Part shown: one piece after another, positions 1-8,306 of the stretch
Layout: the number at the start of each line of letters is the position of its first letter
Numbering within the stretch: the first letter of the stretch is position 1
Assembly: GCA_021823635.1 (NCBI GenBank)
Contig: JAKANT010000001.1
Location: forward strand, 1-25,669
DNA: 25,669 nt
Direction of reading: 5' to 3'
Source: Pseudomonadota bacterium
GTDB lineage: Bacteria; Pseudomonadota; Gammaproteobacteria; Burkholderiales; Burkholderiaceae_F
The notes under the pieces: model-generated
Told to the model about the DNA's origin: nothing
Databases searched by the model: none
The model's input: only the letters and a program-made list of their open reading frames with translations
Program-made: the position numbers and the translations under genes

Positions 1-249
1 CGCCAGACCGTGGCGGTTGTCGGTCAGCACATGGCCGCGATAGCTCAGCTGCGCGGACGCCGCGCTGCGCTTGTTGCCGATATAGAGCTTGTCCTCCGTC
101 TGCGTTCCCGGCCCGGTGGCAGCGCGCGTGCTGCCAGGCGCCGGCAACGGCACGGACTTGGCCTGCGCCGCGGCGTCGAAGGCGATCAGGCCGGCCCCCA
201 AGGCGGCGGCGACCGTTGCAAAACCATAGACCCGCTGCAGATGCTTCAT
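1..249 (-). CDS. Secreted protein of unknown function, 5' part only (3' end beyond the left edge; not in the ORF track)
   Basis: Manual translation from ATG at 249 is open to base 1: MKHLQRVYGFATVAAALGAGLIAFDAAAQAKSVPLPAPGSTRAATGPGTQTEDKLYIGNKRSAASAQLSYRGHVLTDNRHGLA. It has a Sec-type signal peptide (basic N-terminus, hydrophobic core, AAA-Q cleavage site) and an AAGGA RBS-like motif upstream. Confidence 0.7.
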   Translation of the reverse strand, partial: MKHLQRVYGFATVAAALGAGLIAFDAAAQAKSVPLPAPGSTRAATGPGTQTEDKLYIGNKRSAASAQLSYRGHVLTDNRHGLA

Positions 250-297
250 GGCCAACACGTCCTTGCGTCCAGAGTTGGCGCTGTTGTAGCGAGCGGG

Positions 298-319
298 GCG
301 TCACACCCGCGTTACACCG
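298..319 (-). promoter_or_regulatory. Tandem 11-bp direct repeat upstream of a -10-like hexamer; candidate response-regulator box
   Basis: GCGTCACACCC (298-308) and GCGTTACACCG (309-319) are 9/11 identical. A minus-strand TACAAC hexamer lies at 288-283. Confidence 0.35.
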
Positions 320-794
320 CGGCACGCAGCGGGCGTGAAAATCGGCGCGACGAGCTGCCCGCGCTGGCGTCGCGCAAGCGGCGGACGAATTCGAAGTCAA
401 GCGAGCGGGGGCGTGTTTCGCGCGCCCGCGCCCGCTCGATTTCCGGCCTCGCTGGCAACGGCGTAAGCGGGGACGCGAATGACGGGGAGGGCGAACAACG
501 AACCACGGGCCGCCCGCGCGGCCGCCCGTGCGCGCTGGCTGGGGTGCCGACAGCCGCGCTCCGCTGCGCGGTCCGGCGATGTGCGCTCGGCGCCTTCCGG
601 GTGGCGGCGAGCGGATGCGTGTGCGCCGTCGCGGGGGCGCACGCCGCCAATTCGCTGGCGGTGGCGATTCCGCGCTACCGCGTGCTGCGAACGGACGGTG
701 CGCCGGCCGGCTAGCGCTGGAGCCTCGACCGCAAGCGGGCGCTGCTCGACCGGGAGCCGGCCCGCCAAAGAAGAAGAACGGCGGGCGTCCCGTG

Positions 795-826
795 GCGCCC
801 TCTGCCGCCGCAGCGGCAGAGGGCGC
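795..826 (-). terminator. Perfect 14-bp stem-loop downstream of the ABC operon; candidate terminator or mRNA stabiliser
   Basis: GCGCCCTCTGCCGC-CGCA-GCGGCAGAGGGCGC lies 23 nt after the binding-protein stop. There is no immediate U-tract. A second 7-bp stem (760-786) has a pyrimidine-rich loop on the minus strand. Confidence 0.55.
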
Positions 827-849
827 TCAGGCGACAGAAGTTGGTCAGG

Positions 850-2019
850 CTACTCGGGCCGAATCTCGATGAAATCCGTCACCGGCGTCCAGCGGCTGTT
901 GATGATCTGCGCCAGGCGGAATTTCTTCTGTCCCAGCCGATCGGTCTTGGTGATGCGCAGCTCGGGGCTGCCGAACATGTCGCGCGGGAAGGTGGTCGTT
1001 TCCATCACGTTGATGAAGCTGTCGGTCGTGAGGTTCGGGCCGGCCTTCTCCGCCGCCTTGGCGAACACGTCCATGATGTAGTAGCCGTACACCGAGAACA
1101 CCGTCGGGTCCTCGTTGAACTTGGCTTTGTAGGCGGCGGCCCAGTTGCGCACCGAGGCGGAGGCGTCGTCCGGGTACGGATGTCCGGCCGACTGCACGCC
1201 GTACAGGCCGTCCATCGCCTTGCCGCCGAGGGCGTGGATCAGGTGCGTGTACAGCGCGGTGGTGCCGATGAAGGCCGGGTTGTAGCCGGTCTTGCGCGCC
1301 TCGGCGATCGCGCCGATGGTTTCGCGGATGATGGTGCCGAGCACCACCAAGTCGCAGTTGGCGGCCTTCAGCCGCGCCACCTGCGAGGAGAAATCGGTCG
1401 CACCGCGCTTGTAGGAGGTGCGCTCGACCATTTGCATGCCGGCGGCTTTCAGGCCCGCTTCGGCGCCGCGCAGCACCTCGAGCCCGAACTCGTCGTCCTG
1501 ATACAGGCTGCAGACGCGCTGGTAGTTGTTCATCTTGACCAGATGCGGCACCATCATGCGCATCTGGTCGTAGTACGGCGGCGAAAACGAAAACTTCAGG
1601 CGATGAAACGGCTCGAACATCTCGCGCGCGCCGGTCAGCGGAAAGAAGTTGATCACGCCGCGCTCGAACTGAAACGGCATCACCGCCATGTTCTGCGGCG
1701 CGCCGATATGCCCGAGCAGCGCGAAGATCTTGTCTTGCGTGATCAGCTTCTGCGCCGCCAACAGCGCGCGGCGCGGGTCGTAGCCGTGGTCCTCGACGAT
1801 CAGCTTGATCTTGCGGCCGTTCACACCGCCGACGGCGTTGATCTCGTCGGCGCGCATCACCAGGCCGTTTCTCGCCTGTTTGCCGAAAGCCGCGATCGGG
1901 CCCGACAGGTCCTGGATCGAGCCGACCACGATCTCGGTCTTGGTGATGCCGGGCGATTGCGCCGCGGCGGTGACGGCGGCGGCGGCGAGTGCCGCCGCCG
2001 CGGTCAGCTTCAGTTTCAT
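850..2019 (-). CDS. ABC transporter substrate-binding protein, Liv/branched-chain (periplasmic binding protein type 1) family
   Basis: It has a signal peptide, the GSIQDLSGP and EINAVGGVNGRKIKLIVEDHGYDP motifs typical of this family, and a GAGGAG RBS 7 nt before the ATG. Confidence 0.93.
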   Translation of the reverse strand: MKLKLTAAAALAAAAVTAAAQSPGITKTEIVVGSIQDLSGPIAAFGKQARNGLVMRADEINAVGGVNGRKIKLIVEDHGYDPRRALLAAQKLITQDKIFALLGHIGAPQNMAVMPFQFERGVINFFPLTGAREMFEPFHRLKFSFSPPYYDQMRMMVPHLVKMNNYQRVCSLYQDDEFGLEVLRGAEAGLKAAGMQMVERTSYKRGATDFSSQVARLKAANCDLVVLGTIIRETIGAIAEARKTGYNPAFIGTTALYTHLIHALGGKAMDGLYGVQSAGHPYPDDASASVRNWAAAYKAKFNEDPTVFSVYGYYIMDVFAKAAEKAGPNLTTDSFINVMETTTFPRDMFGSPELRITKTDRLGQKKFRLAQIINSRWTPVTDFIEIRPE

Positions 2020-2088
2020 CGTCGTCTCCTCGTCGTTGCCGGCTCGCGCCGGAGGCTGCGATAAACGGATGATGTCACGCCGCGCCGA

Positions 2089-3942
2089 CTATGCGGATCC
2101 GTACATTTCCTCGACCAGTGCGGCGTACTTCTTGTACACCAGCGCGCGCTTCAGCTTCATCGTCGGCGTCAGCTCCTCGTCCTCGGCCGTCAGGCGGCGG
2201 TCGATCAAACGGAACTGCTTGATTTGCTCCACCCGCGCGAACTTCTTGTTGACGCGCTCGACCTCGCCGCCGATCAACTCGACCACCTCGGGCGCGCGCG
2301 TCAGGCTCGCGTAGTTCGAAAACGGCACGTCGTGGTCCTGCGCCCACTTCTCGACGTTCTCCTGATCGATCATGATCAGCGCGGTCAGATAGGGCCTGCG
2401 GTCGCCGATCACCACCGCGTCGGTGATGTAGGGCGAGAATTTCAGCTCGTTCTCGATTTCGCTCGGCGTCACGTTCTTGCCGCCGGCCGTGATGATGATG
2501 TCCTTCATTCGGTCGGTGATGCGGAAATAGCCGTCCTCGTCCACCTCGCCGACGTCGCCGGTGTGCAGCCAGCCCTCGGCGTCGATGGTCTCGGCCGTTT
2601 TCTCCGGCTGGTTCAGATACCCCTTGAACACGACCGGGCCGCGGATCAACAGCTCGCCGCTTTCCGCCACCTTCACCTCGCAAAACGGCGCGGCCGGCCC
2701 AATCCGGCCGGGCTTGATCTTGTGCGGCGGCGTGGCAGTGGAGGCGCCCACGCTCTCGGTCTGCCCCCAGACCTCGCACATGTGCGCGCCCAGCGCCAGG
2801 TACCAGCGCACCAGATCGGGCGAGATCGGCTCGGCGCCGGTGATCAGCAGCCGCGCGCGGTCGATGCCGATCGCGCGCCGCACGTTGGCCAGCGCGACGA
2901 ACCGCGCGACGCGAAACAGCGCCTTCAGCCAGCCCGGAATCGGCTGCCCGGCGACGTAACGGTCGGCGACGCGATAGCCGACGCCGATCGCCCAGCGGTA
3001 CACCGCCTGCTGCAGCGGTGTGGCTTCCTTCAGCGCGATCGTGACGCCGGAGTAGAACTTCTCCCACACGCGCGGCACCGCGACCATCACGGTGGGCGCG
3101 ATCTCGCGCACGTTCTCCGGCACCGTGTCCGGGTTCTCGACGAAATTCAGCTTGGTGCCGGTGTACAGCGCGAAAAACGCGCCGCCGACGCGCTCCGCCA
3201 CGTGGCACAGCGGCAAAAACGCGATGCGCTCGTCGCTTTCGTCCTGCGCGATGATGCTGTTGTAGCCGCGCACCGTGTAGACGATGTTATGGTGCGTCAG
3301 CATCGCGCCTTTCGGCTTGCCGGTGGTGCCCGAGGTGTAGATCAGCACCGCCACGTCGTCCGGCTTCGGTATCGCGATGCGCCGTTCCCACTCCTGCGGG
3401 TCCGGATGACGGCGCCCGAGCTCGCGCAGCGCATCCAGGCTCATCACCTGCGGATCCTGGAAGCGGTGCAGGCCCTCCATGTCGAACACGAAGATCTTGC
3501 GCAGCCGCGGCAGGCGCGCGCGCACCTCCAGCACCTTGTCCAGTTGCTCCTCGTCTTCGACGAAGACATAGACCGAGCCCGAGTCGGCCAGCAGATACTC
3601 CACCTGCGGCGGCGCGTCGGTCGGGTAGATGCCATTGCTGATGCCGGCGGCGGTCAGCACGCCGAAATCCGCGTACACCCATTCGCGGCGGGTGTTGGAA
3701 AGAATCGAGGCGGTCTCGCCCGGCGCGAACCCCAGCGCGACGAGACCGAGCGCGATCTCGCGCACGATGGTGCCGAACTCGCGCCAGGTGGTCGCCTGCC
3801 AGATGCCGAGCTCTTTCTGCCGCAGCCACACGGCGTCGCCGCGGCTGCGTACCGCGTTCGCGCACATCTGCGCGATCGTGTCGCCCGGCACCACGATCTC
3901 GGCGCGCGGGCGAAAGCGCGACAGGTCCCACAGCACGCTCAT
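2089..3942 (-). CDS. Long-chain fatty acid-CoA ligase-like AMP-dependent synthetase (617 aa)
   Basis: Motifs include YTSGTTGKPKG, WGQTE, GWLHTGDVG and RITDRMKDIIITAGGKN. The start was moved to ATG 3942 (MSVLWDL), which overlaps the upstream stop as ATGA. Confidence 0.93.
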   Translation of the reverse strand: MSVLWDLSRFRPRAEIVVPGDTIAQMCANAVRSRGDAVWLRQKELGIWQATTWREFGTIVREIALGLVALGFAPGETASILSNTRREWVYADFGVLTAAGISNGIYPTDAPPQVEYLLADSGSVYVFVEDEEQLDKVLEVRARLPRLRKIFVFDMEGLHRFQDPQVMSLDALRELGRRHPDPQEWERRIAIPKPDDVAVLIYTSGTTGKPKGAMLTHHNIVYTVRGYNSIIAQDESDERIAFLPLCHVAERVGGAFFALYTGTKLNFVENPDTVPENVREIAPTVMVAVPRVWEKFYSGVTIALKEATPLQQAVYRWAIGVGYRVADRYVAGQPIPGWLKALFRVARFVALANVRRAIGIDRARLLITGAEPISPDLVRWYLALGAHMCEVWGQTESVGASTATPPHKIKPGRIGPAAPFCEVKVAESGELLIRGPVVFKGYLNQPEKTAETIDAEGWLHTGDVGEVDEDGYFRITDRMKDIIITAGGKNVTPSEIENELKFSPYITDAVVIGDRRPYLTALIMIDQENVEKWAQDHDVPFSNYASLTRAPEVVELIGGEVERVNKKFARVEQIKQFRLIDRRLTAEDEELTPTMKLKRALVYKKYAALVEEMYGSA

Positions 3943-4712
3943 CGCCAGGTCTTCCGTTTCTTCCAGCGCCGCTCGCCGCGCGCGCCGGCCTCCTTGATGC
4001 CGAGGTAGAACTCCTTGACGTCCTCTTTCTCGCGCAGCCGCGCGCAACTGTCTTCCATCACGATGCGGCCGTTCTCGAGCACGTAGCCGAAGTCCGCGGT
4101 GGCCAGTGCCAGATTCGCGTTTTGCTCGACCAGCAGCATCGTTGTGCCCTGCTCGCGGTTGATCCGGCGCACGATGGCGAAGATTTCCTGCGTCAGCTTG
4201 GGCGACAGCCCGAGACTCGGCTCGTCGAGCAGCATCAGCTTCGGGCGCGCCATCAGCGCGCGCGAGATCGCCAGCATCTGCTGCTCGCCGCCGGACAGGC
4301 GCCCCGCCTCCTGCTGCGCGCGCAGGCGCAGGCTGGGGAAGTAGCCGTAGACGGTCTCCAGATCGCGCGCCACACCGTCGCGGTCGCGCCGCGTGTACGC
4401 CCCCATCATCAGGTTGTCGTGCACCGACAGCAGCGGAAACACCTCGCGCCCCTCGGGCACATGGCAGATGCCGCAGCGGACGATGGCGGCCGGATCGCGG
4501 TTGTGGATCGCCTCGCCCGCGAAAAGAATCGAGCCTTTCTGGATGTCCAGGATGCCGGAGATGGCCTTCAGCACCGTGGTCTTGCCGGCGCCGTTGGCGC
4601 CGAGCACGGTGACGATCGAACCCGCCTTCACCTCCAGGCTCACCCCGCGAATCGCCTTCACCGGCCCGTAGGCGGCCTCGACGTTGGCCAGTTTCAGAAT
4701 CGGTTCGCTCAC
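3939..4712 (-). CDS. livF: ABC transporter ATP-binding protein, LivF-like (257 aa)
   Basis: It has Walker A GANGAGKTT, the signature LSGGEQQML and Walker B LMLLDEPSLGL. The GTG start at 4712 overlaps the upstream stop as GTGA. The symbol is family-level only. Confidence 0.92.
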   Translation of the reverse strand: MSEPILKLANVEAAYGPVKAIRGVSLEVKAGSIVTVLGANGAGKTTVLKAISGILDIQKGSILFAGEAIHNRDPAAIVRCGICHVPEGREVFPLLSVHDNLMMGAYTRRDRDGVARDLETVYGYFPSLRLRAQQEAGRLSGGEQQMLAISRALMARPKLMLLDEPSLGLSPKLTQEIFAIVRRINREQGTTMLLVEQNANLALATADFGYVLENGRIVMEDSCARLREKEDVKEFYLGIKEAGARGERRWKKRKTWR

Positions 4713-5476
4713 GCCGCCGTCCCCAGATAGGCCTCGATCACCGCCGGGTTGGACTGCACTTCCTGCGGCGTACCCAGCGCCAGCACCTCGCCCTGATTGA
4801 GCGCCAGTACGCGGTCCGACACCCGGTTCACCAGCCGCATGTCGTGCTCGACCATCAGCACCGTGATGCCTAGATCGTTCTTGATATCGCCGATCCAGTA
4901 GGCCATGTCGTCGGTCTCCTCGACGTTCAGGCCCGAGGATGGCTCGTCGAGCAGCAGCAGGCGCGGCTCGGTGGCGAGCGCGCGCGCCAGCTCCACCACC
5001 TTGCGCACGCCGTACGGCAGACTGGCGACGATCGAATCGCGGTAGTGCTGCAGGTCGAGGAAATCGATCACCCGCTCGACCTTCTCGCGGAACTCCCGTT
5101 CGGCGCGCCAGGCCGCCGGCGTGAACAGCAACTCCTGCCAAAGCCGGGTGGCGCGATGCCGGTGGCGGCCGATCAGCAGGTTGGCGAGCACGGTGGCGTG
5201 TTCGAACAGCTCGATGTTCTGGAACGTGCGCGCGATGCCCAGCCGGGCGATCTCGTGCGGCGGCACCGCCAGCAGGTCGCGGCCGTCGAACGTCAGCGAG
5301 CCGCCGCTCGGGTCGTAGATGCGGCTGATCAGGTTGAACACCGAGGTCTTGCCGGCGCCGTTGGGGCCGATCAGCGTGAACACCTCGCCGGCGCGCACCT
5401 CGAAGGAAACGCCGTTGACGGCGCGCACGCCGCCGAAGGAGAGCGACAGCCTGTCGGCCACCAACAGCGCGCTCAT
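4709..5476 (-). CDS. livG: ABC transporter ATP-binding protein, LivG-like (255 aa)
   Basis: It has [34 protein letters not shown] and a C-terminal EAYLG. The start at ATG 5476 (MSALLVAD) is an ATGA overlap. The symbol is family-level only. Confidence 0.92.
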   Translation of the reverse strand: MSALLVADRLSLSFGGVRAVNGVSFEVRAGEVFTLIGPNGAGKTSVFNLISRIYDPSGGSLTFDGRDLLAVPPHEIARLGIARTFQNIELFEHATVLANLLIGRHRHRATRLWQELLFTPAAWRAEREFREKVERVIDFLDLQHYRDSIVASLPYGVRKVVELARALATEPRLLLLDEPSSGLNVEETDDMAYWIGDIKNDLGITVLMVEHDMRLVNRVSDRVLALNQGEVLALGTPQEVQSNPAVIEAYLGTAA

Positions 5477-6549
5477 TTCAGGCGCTCCGTCTTCTGGAAC
5501 GACTTCTGCCGCTTGAACATGCCGCGCCGGTACAGCGGGAAAAGCTGGAAGTAGGTGCGGATCTTCAGCCAGCGGCCGTACATGCCGTAGGGCTCCGCGA
5601 GCACGACCAGAATCATCACCGCGCCGAAGATCACCGGCTTCAGGCCGGTCGCGTTGGCCAGCGCCGCCGGCAGGAAATCCTTGATCCAGGAAACGAATTG
5701 CGGCAGCACGATGATGAAGGCGGCGCCGAAGAACGCGCCGTGGACGGAGCCCAGCCCGCCGATCACGATCATCAGCAGCAGCTCGATCGACTGCAGGATC
5801 GTGAACTGCTCGGGCGTGATGAAGCGGATCTGGTGCGCGTACAGCGCGCCGGCCACGCCGGTCAGGAACGCCGAGATCGCGAACGCCACCGTCTTGTAGC
5901 GCGCCAGCGAAATGCCCATGCTCTGCGCCGAGATCTCCGAGTCGCGGATGGCGACGAACGCGCGCCCGGTCGGGCTGCGCAGCAGGTTCAGCACCGCCAG
6001 CGTGGCCAGCACCGCGAACGCCAGGCACAGGTAATAGAGAGCGGCGGTCGATGCGAAGGCGAAGCCGCCGATCGCCGGCGTCGGCACCTGCAGGCCGGAA
6101 TTGCCGCCGGTCACCGACTCCCAGCGCGCCGCCACTTCCTCCACGATGAAGCCGAAGGCCATCGTCGCGATCGCAAGATAGATGCCGCGCACGCGCAACG
6201 CCGGCAGCCCCACCACCACGCCGACCGCGGCCGAAAGCGTGGCTGCCAGCGCGATCGCCAGCAGAAACGGCCAACCGGCCGCCACCAGCAGCGTGTGTGT
6301 ATATGCGCCCACCGCCATGAACGCGGCGTGGCCGAGCGACACCTGCCCGGTGTAGCCGGTGAGCAGCATCAGCCCCAGCCCGACGATGCCGTAGATGGCG
6401 ATGAACACCATCTGCGACAGCAGATACTCGGACAGCCAGGCCGGCGCGGTGACGAGCGCGACCACCAGCAAGCCGTACCAGAAACGCTGCCCGCCGTGCT
6501 GGGTGAGCGCGATGTCCTGGTCGTAGCTGGTTTTGAACAGAAAGCGCAT
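5473..6549 (-). CDS. livM: ABC transporter permease, LivM-like
   Basis: It is a polytopic hydrophobic protein with [39 protein letters not shown] and IGGLGS. The symbol is family-level only. Confidence 0.92.
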   Translation of the reverse strand: MRFLFKTSYDQDIALTQHGGQRFWYGLLVVALVTAPAWLSEYLLSQMVFIAIYGIVGLGLMLLTGYTGQVSLGHAAFMAVGAYTHTLLVAAGWPFLLAIALAATLSAAVGVVVGLPALRVRGIYLAIATMAFGFIVEEVAARWESVTGGNSGLQVPTPAIGGFAFASTAALYYLCLAFAVLATLAVLNLLRSPTGRAFVAIRDSEISAQSMGISLARYKTVAFAISAFLTGVAGALYAHQIRFITPEQFTILQSIELLLMIVIGGLGSVHGAFFGAAFIIVLPQFVSWIKDFLPAALANATGLKPVIFGAVMILVVLAEPYGMYGRWLKIRTYFQLFPLYRRGMFKRQKSFQKTERLK

Positions 6550-6657
6550 CAGGGGGCCTTGTCGATCTCACCCGCGGCTGTTGGCCTCGGCGAGCAATTC
6601 CCCCTCCAAGCGTTGGAGCGATGCCGCGCCTTACCCACTTGCCGTCCCATCGCCGCC

Positions 6658-7533
6658 TCACACCCGCTTGCGCGCCGTCTCGCCGAACAGCCCGGTGGGC
6701 TTGACGATCAGCATGATCAGAACGACCACGTAAGCGGCGATGTCCTTGAAACCCTCCGGCAGATAGAAGCCCGCCAGCGCCTCCACCACGCCGATGATCA
6801 GCCCGCCGACGATCGCGCCCGGCAGCGAACCGAAGCCGCCGACCACCGCGGCCGGAAACGCCTTCAGCCCGATGAAGCCCATGTTGACGTGCACGAACGT
6901 GATCGGCGCCAGCAGCAGCCCGGCCAGCGCCGCCACCGCCGCCGACAGCGCCCACACCACGCCGTTCAAGCGCTTGACCGGGATACCCATGTAGTAGGCG
7001 GCCAACTGGTTCTGCGATGCCGCCTGCATCGCGATGCCGATCTTGGTGAACCGGAACAGCGCGTACAGAGCCGCGCACAGCACGGCGGTGGCGCCGATCA
7101 CGATCAACTGCGGCACCGACAGCACCAGAGCCCCGGCGGTGACGGTGGCGAAGCGGTAGGGAACGTCGAGCGCGAAGGTCTCGGTGCCGACGTTCGGCAC
7201 CATCGTCACCGCGCCGCGCGCCACGTAGCCGAGGCCGATCGTCACCAGCACGATCGCGAACGCCGGCTGGCCGAGGATAGGCCGCAAGATGGCGCGCTCG
7301 ATCGCCAGCCCGGCGACCGCCATCACCGCCAGCGCCGCCAAGCTGGCGAGCCAGAACGGCCAGCCCAGCCCGGCGTAAGCCGCCAGCCCGGCGAACGCGC
7401 CCAGCATCATCAACTCGCCCTGCGCGAAGTTGACCGTCTCGGTCGCCTTGTATATCAGCACGAAGCCGAGAGCGATCAAACCGTAGATGCAGCCCTGCGC
7501 GATGCCGCTCAAAAGGATCTGCAACAACTGCAC
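6658..7533 (-). CDS. livH: ABC transporter permease, LivH-like
   Basis: It has YGLIALGFVLIY, VNFAQGE, FTKIGIAMQA, VVGGFGSLPGA and KPTGLFG. The GTG start has GGAG 9 nt upstream. The symbol is family-level only. Confidence 0.92.
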   Translation of the reverse strand: MQLLQILLSGIAQGCIYGLIALGFVLIYKATETVNFAQGELMMLGAFAGLAAYAGLGWPFWLASLAALAVMAVAGLAIERAILRPILGQPAFAIVLVTIGLGYVARGAVTMVPNVGTETFALDVPYRFATVTAGALVLSVPQLIVIGATAVLCAALYALFRFTKIGIAMQAASQNQLAAYYMGIPVKRLNGVVWALSAAVAALAGLLLAPITFVHVNMGFIGLKAFPAAVVGGFGSLPGAIVGGLIIGVVEALAGFYLPEGFKDIAAYVVVLIMLIVKPTGLFGETARKRV

Positions 7534-7566
7534 GTGGCCGTTCTCCGCTGCGAACGATGGGCGCGC

Positions 7567-7595
7567 AGTCTATGGGCGCCGCGCGCGCGTGACAA
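7567..7595 (-). promoter_or_regulatory. sigma70-type promoter of the ABC/ligase operon
   Basis: On the minus strand, -35 TTGTCA (7595-7590) is followed by a 17-bp spacer and -10 TAGACT (7572-7567). Confidence 0.65.
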
Positions 7596-7618
7596 TCTCG
7601 CACAGCAGCGAACCAACC

Positions 7619-7653
7619 AAGCAGTTGCTTTGTCGCACGGCGGTCACTAGCAT
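7619..7653 (+). promoter_or_regulatory. sigma70-type promoter of the TetR-AtuA operon overlapped by a candidate TetR operator
   Basis: -35 TTGCTT (7625-7630) is followed by a 17-bp spacer and -10 TAGCAT (7648-7653). The inverted repeat AAGCA-GT-TGCTT (7619-7630) covers the -35. Confidence 0.55.
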
Positions 7654-7661
7654 GGCCGCCG

Positions 7662-8306
7662 ATGGCCACCGCAGCCGCCCGTTCGCTGCCGCGCGCGCGC
7701 AAGCGCGCGAACGCCGCCGGCAACGGCGACGCCAACCGGCGCGCGGCCATCGTGCGCGCCGCGGCGCGCCTGTTCCGCGAGCGCGGCTTCGACGGCACCA
7801 CCGTGCGCGACATCGCCGCCGCGGTCGGCATGCGTTCCGGCAGTCCGTTTTATCACTTCGCCAACAAGGAGGAGATCCTGTTCGCGGTGATGGAGGAAGG
7901 CTTGCGCCAGGGTCTGGCGCGCAGCGAGGCGGCGCTGGCGCAAGGCGGCGATGCGCGCGCGCGCTTCTTCGCTTTGGTGCGCGCGCATTTCGGCATCCTG
8001 CTGGAAGACGGCTCGGATTTCATCCCGGTGATGCTGTACGAATGGCGGCGGCTGCCGCCGGCGTACCGGCGCAAGCTGATCGCGGTCAAGGACCGTTACG
8101 ACGCGCTCTGGCAGGGGGTGATCGCGGAGCTGGCCGCCAGCGGGCAAATGCGCGGCGACCCCAAGCTGGCACGCCTGCTGATCCTGGGCGCGGTGAACTT
8201 CGCCGCCACCTGGTTCAAGCGCGACGGCGGGCTGTCGATCGACGCCCTGGCGCGCGCCAGCGCCGAGTTCTTTCTCGCGCCGCGCCGCGCGCCGGGGACG
8301 CGATGA
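7662..8306 (+). CDS. TetR/AcrR family transcriptional regulator
   Basis: The N-terminal HTH reads AAARLFRERGFDGTTVRDIAAAVGMRSGSPFYHFANKEEIL. Its stop overlaps the next ATG as ATGA. Confidence 0.93.
   Translation: MATAAARSLPRARKRANAAGNGDANRRAAIVRAAARLFRERGFDGTTVRDIAAAVGMRSGSPFYHFANKEEILFAVMEEGLRQGLARSEAALAQGGDARARFFALVRAHFGILLEDGSDFIPVMLYEWRRLPPAYRRKLIAVKDRYDALWQGVIAELAASGQMRGDPKLARLLILGAVNFAATWFKRDGGLSIDALARASAEFFLAPRRAPGTR

Noticed and set aside
10-1081. Plus-strand ORFs 10..714, 479..1081 and 528..872, and minus-strand ORFs 312..650 and 397..768
   Set aside because: They are Arg/Ala-rich with no recognisable motif. 10..714 is antisense to the better-supported signal-peptide ORF at 1-249.
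841-7650. Long antisense ORFs (841..2064, 2224..4008, 4122..4730, 5698..7650)
   Set aside because: They are mirror frames of well-supported minus-strand genes. Stop codons are scarce in high-GC DNA with strong codon bias.
4709-7831. Apparent 1040-aa ORF suggesting a giant fusion ending in an ABC ATPase
   Set aside because: Only the last 255 aa (from ATG 5476) are protein-like. The rest is an alternative frame over livH and livM.
7487-8302. N-terminal extension of the AtuA ORF (732 aa in the track)
   Set aside because: It overlaps the TetR gene in another frame. The ATGA overlap at 8303 gives the natural start.
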